Source: Dicyema japonicum
Taxonomy: Eukaryota > Animalia > Dicyemida
NCBI GenBank assembly: GCA_011109175.1
Contig: RDEW01000003.1
Location: 1,751,546-1,815,545 of the forward strand
Direction: 5' to 3'
DNA: 64,000 nt
Numbering within the stretch: position 1 is the first letter of the stretch; every line of letters starts with the position of its first letter. Shown piece after piece: positions 24,316 to 37,312 of this stretch. Under the pieces are notes generated by a model that saw only the letters and a program-made list of their open reading frames with translations, had not been told where the DNA came from and made no database searches. The position numbers were made by a program, and so were the translations under genes.

Positions 24316-24846
24316 TTAGGTCAATATGATATTATTATAATTTAATAAAACTAGACAGACTGAAATATCCATTAAAATAAAGAGTTCTGTTTAAGTAATT
24401 CTCGAATCTCCAAAGCAGTCAAGGATCCAATCAAAACAGTTCCAACTGAAAGTGAAACCTAAAAATAAAAAATTAAATTACTGCGCCAATAATATCCATA
24501 GGTGTTTTTGATGATACTGCAGACAGAATAAATACTATGGATATGGCAATATCACATATGAGAAATATCAAAAATACAGTTGTTTTCTGGATTTATATTA
24601 TTAAAACTATTATCGATATTATTTTTGTTTGAATTTCATCAAACTCGACCATGTGAATAATCTCCAAGTCAATTAAAATTAAAAACTGAATAACTGTAAA
24701 AACTGAAGAAAATGAAGCATGCAAGACAACGATAAAACATGACAAAGGAATTATATAAATAATCTAAAATTAAAAAAATATAGTACAATGGTTGCTATCA
24801 TGAGAATGCCCCGAGGTGAGTTTAATTTAGTCTCATTTATTTCCAT
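24316..24846 (-). CDS. Probable 4-TM MARVEL/CMTM-like membrane protein; multi-exon
   Basis: MEINETKLNSPRGILMIATI, then short GT-AG introns and hydrophobic exons (IIYIIPLSCFIVVL; VFLIFLICDIAISIVFIL; VSLSVGTVLIGSLT). Family assignment is by resemblance only and internal exon boundaries are uncertain. Confidence 0.45.
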
Positions 24847-24965
24847 GTTAATCAGGAAGAATGCTAATTAGAATAATTTTATTAATTTTATATAATTTAA
24901 TAATATTTAAATTATTATAAAAAAAATTATTTTTATAAAATATTAAATTAATTTTGTTTTAATCT

Positions 24966-25035
24966 TTAACTGTCTGACTCTTTTGTCTTTCTTTCTCGGT
25001 GTTCCCGGGGTTATTAAAATAAATAAATAAATAAA
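24966..25035 (+). mobile_element. Tail-only (~70 bp) insertion of LINE family A
   Basis: TAACTGTCTGACTCTTTTGTCTTTCTTTCTCGGTGTTCCCGGGGTTATTAAA is identical to the tails at 13441 and 30614; followed by (TAAA)n. Confidence 0.85.
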
Positions 25036-25074
25036 ATCTTTATTTTTTTAATATCTAAAAACACTATAAATATC

Positions 25075-25220
25075 GGGGTTGCCCGCGTACTACGATACCG
25101 GGGGTGCTGATGAGGATCTCAAGGCAACTAACCAAAGGCTCGTAAGTGGAGAGGATCTGGATGCTATAAGAAGTTTGGCGTGTAACAGGAGAGGCTGGAC
25201 AAGATTGGTCCGACAAATTG
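25075..25220 (+). mobile_element. RTE-like 3' fragment
   Basis: DEDLKATNQRLVSGEDLDAIRSLACNRRGW matches 49716-49997. Confidence 0.6.
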
Positions 25221-25662
25221 CTTTAAAATATAAAAATTATGTTTCTACGATAGTTGCTTATAATAATAAAAACATTAAACTATGGCCAAAAAAATTAAGA
25301 AAATCGTGTAATTTGGAATTAATTTCGTCTGTTTGGAGAAAAATTGGATCTTGAAGTTTTCCATTTTTTCGTTTTAATTTGGGTCGCATGCACATTGAGA
25401 AAACTGTATTTACTGTACATTTTAAACACTTAGGATCTCAGCTGAGGCTCGTGTTTTCAGATTTATATAATTTTCTTATAAATTCCCACACACTTTCAGA
25501 TATCACCAACCAAATGAAGCCTAACTAAATCCCAACTAAAATAATATCAATTCGCCTAGATTTCAGATTATCTGGAAGAACTCATTGATTACGCCAATTC
25601 TGAAGACAAGAAAACTGAGGGATAATTCATCTTTCTATCGCCATGTCTTAAAATTCAGGAAA

Positions 25663-28600
25663 AATGTTAGCGTGGTGTCATGTGGCTCACCAGAAACGGT
25701 GTCACCCATTCCAAAATGGAACGAAAAGAGCCAACAGCTTTTCCCCACCGTCTGGTGGTCCTTTCATCCCCTGTGTCTTCGACCCTGTCTGGTGTCCCCA
25801 TTTATCCAGACTTTTGATTCTTCAATGTGGGGACGTCGAAACCAATCCTGGTCCATGGAGAGGTTTTACAATTATACAACTGAATACGAATGGGATCAGG
25901 AAGAAAATCTTTGAACTCCGGGCACTCCTCCGCGAAAATGAGGCTGACCTCGCTTTAATACAGGAGTCCAAGCTATCTCCCTCCATACCAACACCTTCTT
26001 TTCCCGGATACACAGTGATCCGTAAAGATCGTCAGGGAGGACGCGGAAGAGGACTACTTACTATTATAAAGAACGATATTTCTTTTTATGGATACAACCC
26101 AACGAACCTCGGAGCTTCTTGGCTCCGACAAGACTTTGGAGCAGATTACTGTCAAAATCGAGTTATTCCCATCCTTTTGGATCCATTTGGCTAATATATA
26201 TATTCCTCCACAAGCATCGTGTCCGTCATCTTACACCCCTGATTTATCACGCATTTCAACATTGAAGAATCTACTGTTATGTGGGGATCTTAATGCACGA
26301 CATCCAATTTGGCTCACTTCCCAATCCTCTGATAACCGAGAACTCATTGCAAATTATCTTCCTGACCTGATTATACTGAACAACCCTAACTCACATACGA
26401 GGACCCATTAAGGATGACTGATAGCTGCACATCCCCCGACTTAACATTATGCTCACCTTCTCTGGCTGGACTCATTTCCTGGAACGTCTTTTACGGCTTC
26501 CCAGTGACCACAATCCAATCCTTCTAAAATTGAGAGGTCTTCGACGATACAGGAGACGGTCGGCGGAATCAAAAAGATTCAAGGATTATACGAAGGTTGA
26601 CTGGTCTGGTTTCAGTAACCTTGTGGATAAATTCTTGGCCGGGAGATTATCCTTCCCAATACGCTCTATTGACGAGGCCGCAGAAATTATCAGCGCTGCC
26701 ATTCAGAAAGCTGACCATATTTTTATTCCTATATCGTCATACAAGAAGTTTATTCCTACCCTCAGCTCTTATACAATAAGTCTTATAAAACAAAGAGACC
26801 GGCTGAAGAGATGCCATCTGTTGGACATGAAGTCTTTGACAGCCCTCAGACAACTGAATAAAAGAATCTGTCAGAGCATAAAAGAACACAAGGACAAGAG
26901 ATGGCAGCATCTAGTTAACCACCTCGACAGGAAAAGTACATCCCGACACTTCTGGAAAACTTTTAAACAAGTCAAGTCGGAGCTGGATGATGCAGACGGA
27001 ACCGGAAAGTCTTCTCCTGAACACTTATGCCACCTACATCCTAACATCCTTATGAAACATTACGCTGGAATTAGCTTCAAACCATTCTCGAAACACCTGG
27101 ACATTTAGGTGCGTGCCCATAAACCGAAGAAGGAACCTTATCACGAACTATTCACAGATGACCAAGTCTTGGATGTGATCACCAGATTAAAAAGCTCACG
27201 GGCGTGCGGGCCTGACAAAGTATCCTCTATTCTGTCACATGGGCGGCGCGTAACGCATGGGCAGCCTGTTACATTTTTTCGACCTTGAAAAGGTCTTTTG
27301 ATTATCCGACATTATTATTATTAATGTCGGATCACTGGTCAAAGGAAAGAAATAAAAGTTCTCATCTAACTAAGTGATCCCAGACCGACAAAGATGAGGA
27401 TGAGTCCCTCATTGGATTATCTGACATTTAATTTTATATATCCGATTTATATCTTGATTTAATCCTGTTAAATTAGTTTTTTATTTATAAATGTTATGAT
27501 TATAAAGATTTTATTTTTTTATAGCGGTAAACCTAGATTTCTAGCGTGATTTATAGCATGGAAGATTATTTTGTTGCAATGGCTTCTTACAAGGGTTTTG
27601 TGAAAGATTGCGTTGAATATCAAACTTTAAAAGATGCTTTGCATGATAAATTCCCGAAAACCTTCCGAGGCACCGAAAATATAGGCTTGTAAAGAAGATA
27701 GAGAATTTTTCTATTATCAATGACAGGTATTGTAAATTTTCAATAATTTTAGACTGTATCTTAAATCAACTGATCCCAAGTTAGTCATATCCCTGGATAA
27801 TGAAACCGAAATGGAGCATGTTGCGAAATCGTTGCACGAGTTTTCACACGGAGGAGTCAATAAAATTGAGTATGAATGTCGACAAAGATACTTCACTGTA
27901 AAGAATGAGATTATCAGAAAAGTCATTCGAAATTGTGAAGTCTGCAAATTTTCGCGTTCTTTAAAAATTCGTGATTTTTTATAATTGTAGATTGGAGATA
28001 TAAATCACCATGTGTTTGGTTCTTCTCCAAATGAACGTTTTCAGGTAGATCTAATAGACCTGAAAAAATTTTCAACATTAAATGAAAATTTCAAATGGAT
28101 TTTAACGGTCATTGACATATATAGTAGGCTGGTTTTTTTAATTTATAGATTCGCTTTTGTACGACCACTCTATAATAAGTCTGGTAAAGAAATATCCACC
28201 TGAATGGGCCATGTAAATTTCTTCAGTCGGACAATGGTTCTGAATTTAAAAATCAAGAAATAACAAAATTTGCGAAGATTTTAACATTAAGCAAATTCAC
28301 GGAAGGCCTAACAATCCACGAGCACAAGGAATTGTCGAAAGATTTAATCAGACGATCACGAGGAAGTTGTCAAAAATGCTGGATAACAGTGAAAAAAAGT
28401 GGTTTGATAAATTAGAAAGTGCTGTCTACAGTTACAACATATCGGTCCATTTCATTTTCTAACGAAAAGTCCTTTCGAAAGATATCGAGGAATTAAGGGA
28501 ATAAATTCAATAATTAATGGTTATACTTATATCATTATGACTTAGATAATTTAAGTGATGAGTGTGCGATTCCAGAACAAATTGACGATTTGGTTAATTG

Positions 28601-30690
28601 TTCGACTCCAGAATCTATTGAAAAATCACGTAGTTTGATTTAAAAAATTTATATCTAGATAAATCCCAGTCAGATAATTTGCGTCCGAATGCGAAGAGAT
28701 TCAACTTCGAAATTAAATCGATTGAAGAAAATTCAAATTATTACAAAGCTATGAACAGGAAAATGAATGTTCATAATAGTAAATATACTTTTAACATGGG
28801 AGATAAAGTATGAATCAAAAACATTAATAAATAGGTTCGGGCTAAAAAGGACTTTGGAACAAATCCCTCATTGCGACTGGATAAGTTTGAGTCTCAGTAT
28901 TATCCAGTTGCAGAAATAATTATTTTATCGAATAATCGCGTGGAGGTAGTTTTAAATAGTTTAATTTTTGAACTCTTTTTCATTAATAAATTCTCTTTAA
29001 AATGAAAAAAAAAAAAAAATTTGATAGATAAAAAATTCGAAAGGAGAAATATCGACTGTATTAATGAGTAGACTAAAAAAAGTTACTTAAATTTAATTTT
29101 TTGTGGTTAATAAATCATTTATAAAATTAATTGAAGTTAATCTTGGCTTAAGGTTATAAAATTAATTGAAGTTAATCTTGGTTCAAGGTTAATGTAACAG
29201 GCTGCCCATAGGTAACGCTTGGCCCATGTGACATATTCACCTAAAACACCTAAGCCACTACGCAATTGGCTACCTCACGCATATATACAACCTGTCCATT
29301 AACTATAATATTATTCCTAAGATTTGGAAGAATTCTATCATCAGACCGATATTGAAGGCTGGGAAACCAGAGACAGAACCTTCATCCTACAGGCCTATTT
29401 CCGTTACCAGCACACTGTCAAAAATTATGGAGAAACTTGTATTATCAGTCATTATTCCGTATCTTCCGCGTCCTATATTTCAACATGGTTTCCTCCGCGG
29501 TAGGTCCACCGCTACATACTTGGCAACTTTATCGCAGTTCATTGCCGACGGTTTTAACACCCATCTCCCGCCTCACAAACGCACAATCTTGGTTTCTATT
29601 GACATCAACAAAGCCTTTGACACTGTTTCGAGGAAAATCTTGGTTGGAAAAATACTAATATTCGTCCGAATGTGAAACTATGGCTGGCCAACTTTTTGTC
29701 TGGAAGACGTGGAAGAGTAGTCAGTGGTGATCTCAGATCTAGATCACGATTACTACCGAACGGGGTACCCCAGGGGTCTCCACTTTCACCAATTCTATTC
29801 AACCTTTTCCTACACGACCTACCTAATGATGGAGACGAAGATTCCCTGTTATTATCCTACGCAGACGACGTAGTCATTGCAATACGGAACCGCTCGACTC
29901 AAGTCGCATCCCTTAAAACTCAGACAAAATTGAACATTCTCCACGATTGGATTGCTGGCAATCGATTAACGATTTCTGCAACCAAGTCTATCTGTTCCAC
30001 ATTCACGTCGGACCGTCGTTCCAAGGATGAACCGAGTCTTTTCATTGGTCCCACTAGGATTCCAGTGACAAAGTCCCCCATTGTCCTTGGAGTCAAGTAC
30101 GACACCCTTCTCAAATTCAACTCCCACGCAACAGACATGATCACCAGGGGCCTCCAGAAAGTTAACGTTATACGCGCCCTTGTTCGGAGGACCACGAGGA
30201 ACATGGACTTTTCCGTTTCTACACTCTACCAACAAACAATCGCGCCTGCCATTGAGTATGCCTCCGTTGCATGGAGATTCGGGCTATCGGAGTCTTTGGT
30301 CCAAAGAATCAACTCGATATACCGGAAAACAATCAGTATGCTTTCCCCACGTAATGGATCAACAGTCGACCCACTACTCATGGAAGCTAAGATCCGTAGT
30401 CGTGGCTCCGGATTTCTTCGCCTCTGTGAGGAAGATGGAAATCCGCTTCGCCTAATCCTTCCCATGGCAAGAGAAAACCGATTGGATAAGAAATTCCCCT
30501 CCCCGATCGGATTCCTCTGCAAAACCGAGAGAAGGCTCTTCCGGAAAGTAGTGGGGACGATGGAGGATCACAGACGTCGAATGGCACAAGTGATTGCGAG
30601 GACTGGGATCACCTAACTGTCTGACTCTTTTGTCTTTCTTTCTCGGTGTTCCCGGGGTTATTAAAATAAAAATAAATAAATAAATAAACA
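25663..30690 (+). mobile_element. Full-length (~3 kb net) Ingi/Vingi-like LINE family A, interrupted by a Ginger transposon
   Basis: Head 25673-25733; 2A GDVETNPGP 25829-25855; APE; RT continuous across the insertion (DKVSSI|HLKHL); GVPQGSPLSP and YADD; no RNase H seen; ends RTGIT* with (TAAA)n; a few stops and frameshifts. Confidence 0.92.
27233..29233 (+). mobile_element. Ginger-type (integrase-like) DNA transposon, decayed
   Basis: ~43-bp TIRs TGTCACATGGGC..ATGGGCAGCCTGTTACATT, ends TGT and ACA; 5-bp TSD TATTC; HHCC finger (HEFSH..CEVC); integrase core FQVDL..QSDNGSEF..GIVERFN. Confidence 0.88.
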
Positions 30691-31489
30691 ATTTACAACA
30701 TATCGAAAGTGTTGAAATTCTTTCCTGATTGTAATCTCCTCTGTTCTGCAAAGCTTGCGTTCCTTTAGAATATTTTAAATCTTTTATTGTGATTATTTTG
30801 TCAGGATTTGACTCCCCCGTCTGGTTTATTCAATTTTAATTTTTTTGCTCCCGACTTCGGACACATTATCTTCCGATAACAATTCCAAAAAAGGATTTCC
30901 CATATCAATTTTGTGCAGTTTCAACCTTCCATATACGGTCAGTTTCATATACTGCTGATTGCCTTTTATTATCATGATTCTAGCAGATATGATTTCCATT
31001 TCTATTTTGTCGACACAACTTGTCCTTAGGCGATTCCTCTCACAAATAAGCCTCTTGATAATAGGCGAAACAAAATGATTAGTATTTTTGGATAAACCCT
31101 CCATGCATAGAGATTAAGATATGACTGCATGAGATTAGTGATTTCTCGACTTGCAGTATTAATATCTTTTATTATTGAAAACTCTCTCGATAGAACACAC
31201 AAATTATTGGATAAAAACCTTATAGTGGGCCCAATCCAAATGAGATATGTTGAACTTCAAGAAAACATCTTCCATAACATCAGGCCTCATACTAATAACC
31301 AATACGTGTGGAAAATGGTGCTCTCGATATCCCAGAGTTTTTGGCTTTTCCACATAGAGTTGAAGATACTAAGAATACGCCAAATTGTATCCATATTACT
31401 CTTTGTTTTCTTTAATTTCGTCTTATTGTCCACCAATAAGTCGATCTTGGAGGCCCTCGCAAGTATTGCTAGTTCATTAGATCGTCCGA

Positions 31490-31910
31490 GGTGGATCACA
31501 CCCAAAATAACTTAAATAACCTAATAAAATATTATGTGAAAATATTCCATAAGGACCATAAAAAGAAGGATGTACCCCCGATATATCTCAGTAAACCGAA
31601 AAAAGAAGCGGATATGATTTACTTCACTGAAAACAACGTGAAAAATGTATTGAAAGCCATTAAAACAATCTATTCTAACGGACCGGATTAGATCTCAATG
31701 AACCTCCTAACGAATCTTGGGGACTATGGAATCGCTGCATTAACGAGCATGTTCGACCACTATTAACAAAAATTCTATTCCAGCCTTATGGAAGCTTGCC
31801 CACCTACGTCCAACTTTGAAACTCGGAAAAGTAAAGAAAAACCCGGATTCATACAGACCGGTCGCGTTATGTGTTCGGTGTCGAAAATTCTGGAAAGGCT
31901 GGTTTTTGTA
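31490..31910 (+). mobile_element. LINE RT N-terminal fragment
   Basis: Encodes NVKNVLKAIK..NGPD..NLG..W K..P..K..SYRPV, degenerate. Confidence 0.6.
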
Positions 31911-32159
31911 TAGAAAGGACCCACACACAAGAAAAAAATAAGTGAAGATCATTCCTTGGTTCTACGATTAGTTAAAATTAACTGTTCTTTACTTAAATAA
32001 AGTGTCCTACCTATGCGGAGATATAAATATTATGGCTCTTGTGAAAAAGCTGTTATATGTTGCAGATTTACCTAATGAGAAATTTCAAGTTGATCTGATC
32101 TTAAAAGGTATAGATCATTAGTAGGGCAACCAGATAATTGCAATTTTCAAAATAAAAAT

Positions 32160-32960
32160 TGCAAAGGCGTCCGTCTTCATTGTGGAAGACTCCCCGGGCA
32201 GAGATTTTAGCAGCAAGCCTTCGAAAGTATGTACCGATTGCAATTGGGCGGACATCTCCATCTCCTTTTCGGAATGCCAATAGATGTCCACAAAAAAAGA
32301 TCTCTAGCAAATTTTGGAATATCACCATTAACTATTCGAGTAAGCAGCAAGGTGATAGACGTTAACAAGGCACGGCCGGCTTCAGCAGTAGCTTCAGAGA
32401 TTAAGTCCTTTATATGGCTTGGGCGCAGTCCGTCCAGGCCTCCGCAGCTACTGGGTGCAAAAGACTTTATTCCACGCACTACTTCAAATTCCATGGGAGT
32501 AAATGCCGGGAGGTCTTCTGGCATTGTCAAGTTTTGCTGGTTCGGTGGTGGAGCAGGGTGCTTCCTTCTCAATAACTCCAAGACATCAGGGCTTCAACAG
32601 CGCTTCGTCACAAGACACTACTCTTACAGCTGCGCAAACGTCCCCTTCCATCAGTTTTCGGTTCACTCTCTCTCTCGAAATGCTTTAGAATCTTCCTGTT
32701 TACTCCCAGCTTTTGTAGACAACTGTTTGCACCGAAGTACTTATCAGGCTCGATTCCAGAGTCTTGCTGCTTTTGCTGTGGAAACAACTGGATCTGTAAG
32801 CGCGAAGACGGACGCCTTTCTCCACAGCATTGGAAGCAAACTCGCTTCAAAAAGGTGCGAGCCATGGGAGGGACTCTGGTAACGCCTTCGCCATTCTGTC
32901 ATCCTATTATTGTCTAAATCATTTATTTGTTAAATAAAACGTGAATATTAAAAAAAAAAG
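32160..32960. mobile_element. Rearranged CRE-like element: inverted RT N-terminal piece plus forward 3' end and A-tail
   Basis: Minus strand encodes LLRRKHP..GGLDGLRPSHIKDL..DVRPIAIG; plus strand encodes AFAVETTGS..LHSIGSKLA; A-run at ~32950. Confidence 0.75.
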
Positions 32961-33339
32961 TTGCAAATAAAAATTTTTTAATTGTAAAAAATAGCAGTAT
33001 GGAAAAATAAACGAAATTATTTATTGTAATACGGAATTAAATATTCCTGAACATTTTCAGGTTTAAAGTTCGATCTTTAGTAATACTTTTCGTCTAAAAA
33101 GAGATATCAACCCTTTCAACTGAGGCTGAGCTTCCGCAACAATTTCGATGGAATGAGTAAATTTCTGGTGAAAGATTTTTATTTGAGAAATCAAGAATAC
33201 CAGATTTTTGAAGCTTTTTTTGATATATAATTTTTTTGCAATTTTTTAAATTGCACCGATCTGATGAAAATTCTGATCTGTTCAGATCTGTATCTTGTGA
33301 AGGTATTCTTGTAGTCTTTCTGATGCCTTTAGGATATCT

Positions 33340-35230
33340 TGATCGCGGGATCCGATTAATAGGTCATCAGCATATGATAGGAGGAAATCGTCTTTATTAT
33401 CGGGTTGTGGTAAATCGGACATGTATAAGTAAAATAAGGGTGATAAAGTGGAATCTTATGGGACACCATTGGGTAGTAATCTTGAAACTGATTTGATCCC
33501 ATCCATGTATAACCGGGACCTTCTTTTATTGATGAAGTTAGCAAGCCAAAGATTTATATTGGGGTTGACGAGGAAGGCAAACAATTTCCGGGTAAGGATT
33601 TTCCTTGAGACAGAGTCGAAGGCTTTTTGTAAATCGATCAAGCAAAGGACTGTTTTGAGGTGACGAGGATTTTTGTTAAAACATTCAATGATAAATTGGT
33701 TGAGGGAAGTTAGGTGGGTAGAATTTGAATAACCCCTTTTGAATCTATGTTATGAGGATGAAAAAGGAAGGGACGGGATTATAAAAATAAGAATCAATTT
33801 TTCCAATAATTTTGAGTGCATAGTAAAGAGATTGGTCGAAATGATGCAGGATTGTCCTTAGGCTTCCCAGGCTATAGGATTGGGCGTATATAGGACAGTT
33901 TCCAAATAGTTGGGAATTGTATTCATGTTTATTGAATAGTTGAAAATCACTGTGATTGCATCAATCGCAATAGGTCCAAGGTGTTTTAGTAAGATAACAG
34001 AGATAGAATCAGTCCCACGTGAGAGGGAAGAATTCATCCTCTTCAAACCCTCACTGAGATCTGAATTTGAGATAAAGTTAATCGGCTGGGTTCTCTTTGG
34101 TGTCATTGAGGATAAATAAGGACCATCCAAATTTCCTGAAAGTTTTGTGGCTTATAGTATGTTTTGACTATGTTTTGTTCTTCCCTTATGGTAATGGTTG
34201 GCATTTTTTTAATTTATTTAACCCAAGACCACGGTAAAACCAAACTAATAATCACGTGATCCCGATGGATTCTAACAGAGACCTCATCTTTGCCCAATGT
34301 TCTTCCTTCATGCCCGCGCATGAACGTACAGGAATTTTCAGGGCCACCTTCCGTGATCTGGAGTCTAGTCTCATAAGGGCCTCCAGAGGCGTAGGTCCGG
34401 TTCGGTGATCATCACAAATCCAACGTTCAGTTACTCTGTAAGCCCTCTTTTGCATTTTCTCAATTTTCCTCATATTTGTCCAAGATATGGACGGTCCCCA
34501 CGAGGCGCATGTACTGTCTTTACATGTTCATCAGGACCGGGGGAGTACCAATCTTCCATATTCCTGATAAATTTTTTAATACATTCTGTTTCTTCTCGCA
34601 TTTCAATAGAATGCTATTTACGTGTGGTGTCATATCAAGTGTCACATCCAAGATTCCCTCAAAGGGATGTCGACCTTGTTTAACTTAAAAATGACTTTTT
34701 TCCTTCCCAATTTTTGTCCGAAATAAATGGGACGTGGAGGACTTTTCTTCATTCACCATGAGCCGGTTTTCCATTATCCAGTCGTTTAGCCAGTCCAGGT
34801 AATTTGTAATCTTCCTGTGGCCTTCTGGATGTCCCGATCTTGAGAGACCAAGACAATATCATCCGCATAAGAAAGTAGAACGTCGTTATCAGATTTCAGA
34901 GTAGGGAGATCGGTTAAAGAAGGTTAAACATAGCAGATGATAAAGGAAATCTTTGAAAGACTCCGTAGGGGAGGAGACGTGAGATGGATTTCAATCCTCC
35001 GAGGATACAAGTCCCCTTCGTCTGATTAGGAAGTTAGTGATCCAAAGCTTGAGCTTCCCTGAGATCTCTGATTGAAATGCTTAGTATCTTCCTCGAGACT
35101 GAGTCAAAAGCTTTATGTATGTCAATCGAGCAGAGCACTGTTTTAAAGTGTCTCGGCTTAGTTATGAATCCGACTCAATATTTGTACGTAGCCGGAATGT
35201 TGTCTAGTCCGTGAGAGTACAAAGACTTTC
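33340..35230 (-). mobile_element. Cluster of degenerate Vingi-like RT and 3' fragments
   Basis: Encodes IDLQKAFDSV..PNGVP and YADD; 34252-34473 ends EEHWAKMRSLLESIGIT*. Confidence 0.75.
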
Positions 35231-35375
35231 AATTCACCTACCAAAGAAAGCCTTACTAAATCTTAACGGTTTCAATAATTATTACCATCAGGATCACAAA
35301 GAGAAATAGTTTCAATAAAGAAATTTAATAGAATATGTTAGTATAACCAGAAAAGTAAGTCTAGTAAAAATAAAT

Positions 35376-37312
35376 CTAATCAGAATCCTTTATATCAATT
35401 AATTTCGAAAAATCTAAGAATAACATCGATATCTGTTTAAGTATTGATGTAGCAGAATCCAATGCTTCTTTACTTTTGATCATATTATTAATTACACCGC
35501 GATATGACTTCATTTCTAATATTTATTTTATTAAAACAAACTGCATGCAAGATCATTAATATAGTCTATCAATTTTTGTGACTTTTTGCAAGTTAAATGA
35601 TTAAATTCTTCCAGAACGGCCAAATAGCAGCTTAATCGTTGATACGCATCAGAATGTAACTGGATGAACGAATAACTGTCATTGGTGCATGAAGAGATGG
35701 TCTCGGCCTTCATATTCAGTATATCACCTAAATAATAAAAAATGGCAAAACCGCAAATATTAAAAAACACATGTATATCAACAACTTTTGCAGCTAAAGT
35801 GATCGAATATGAAAATTGATTCTTCCAGTGATCAATTTCATTCTCCATATCATCTTTGTTCCTACAATTAATTATTGAATTCATAATCTCTTCCATGGAA
35901 ACAATCGACCGAAGAAGTTTGAGGGAAACTAAGGATAAATAAACCTCAAAACTTGACTTATCAGTACTGGTAATGGAAATGAAATAAAAGGCATTCAATA
36001 GAGAACGATTATATATTCTTATATCATCCACTTTAGAGGCCAATTCTTCCCACGATTCCTAAGTAATTAAAATTGTCTCAGCTAACTGTAACAACACACT
36101 GAATTAATTCTTCAATTGGATAGTGGGCCAGGTAAATACTCTCCGCTAAATTTTGACAGGCTATTTTAGATAAAGACCTCCTCAATTCCAATAATGAATC
36201 GTTCAGTATCTTCAAAGACGCTAAACTATTTAATGTTTATAACTAATCTCCACCTTATCGGTTCATTCTGATCTCCACGTGTTTTATATGGAAGAGAACA
36301 AGTAATCTGACACATTTAAAAATGGGTCAACCTCATGACATAGTTTTAAAACCTGAGCTTCAATTCACGATCAGTACATTCACTTATCATAAAAATGCTT
36401 ATCGGGATAACGCGCGTAATAATCTCCCGAATTGAATCACATTTAACCACATTGGACACACTCTCCCCCACTGAATAAATTTCATTTAGCTTCTATAAGG
36501 AAAACTGGAATACATTTTCTTCATATCTTGTCAAAATGGAGGCATTATAAGGACAGTAATCATTATATAATTCTTAATGCTTGTACAAAAGAGCCAGTCT
36601 CCTCAAGTTTTTATAAATTTCGTCGGATATATAACCAATTTGACCCTAATTTGCATATCCCAGGCATACAATTGAAACACTTGCATCAACCGGGTCTAGA
36701 AATTGCTTCAAATCATTCATTAATTGGTTGATGGAGCAAATAGACTTGGAAATTCTTCCAGCCTGAAATGGACAGCAGTTCACTTTGCCTCAATTTTGAA
36801 TTATTGATTACTTCCGAGACTGTACTCTGAAGCTCCTGATAAACTTACTATATCACAAACTTCTAATTCAGCACAATCGACGGATACATGTGAAAGAAAA
36901 TTCCGTACTAGAGTCGAAGCTCTGGCACACTGACAAGCAAACAAGCGACATTTGTTGTCATCAATCACTAACAGTATCTAAAATATATTCAAAAACTTTA
37001 ACATGTGCTAGGGATATAACAATTTTCTTGATTGACTCAAAAAGCATGTGACTGTCCATTAAATCATGTGGGTCATCCATTCTTTCCGATAGATTATTTA
37101 AAAGACTGTCTAGAATAGTGCAAGCATCTGAAATCTCCTCTAGCATAATCTTGGAAGTAATTAAATCCAATTACCGAATCTCCCTTTTTCTCTTTCATGG
37201 CATAGTGCGTTATTGCCTTAGCAGATTTAATAACTGAGTCGATCGGCCGCTTATCAACAGAATTTTTATTTTGATCATTAAATCCTAGTCCCTTTGTACA
37301 AAACTCGCACAT
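35376..37312 (-). CDS. Hypothetical multi-exon host protein, no family recognised
   Basis: ORFs 37094-37312, 36961-37170 and 35531-36043 are joined by short GT-AG introns (e.g. GTAATTGGATTTAATTACTTCCAAG). No TE motifs; the 3' end is approximate. Confidence 0.55.

Noticed and set aside
27233-29233. LTR retrotransposon (TG..CA ends plus integrase)
   Set aside because: The terminal repeats are inverted, not direct, and there is no gag, protease or RT of its own.
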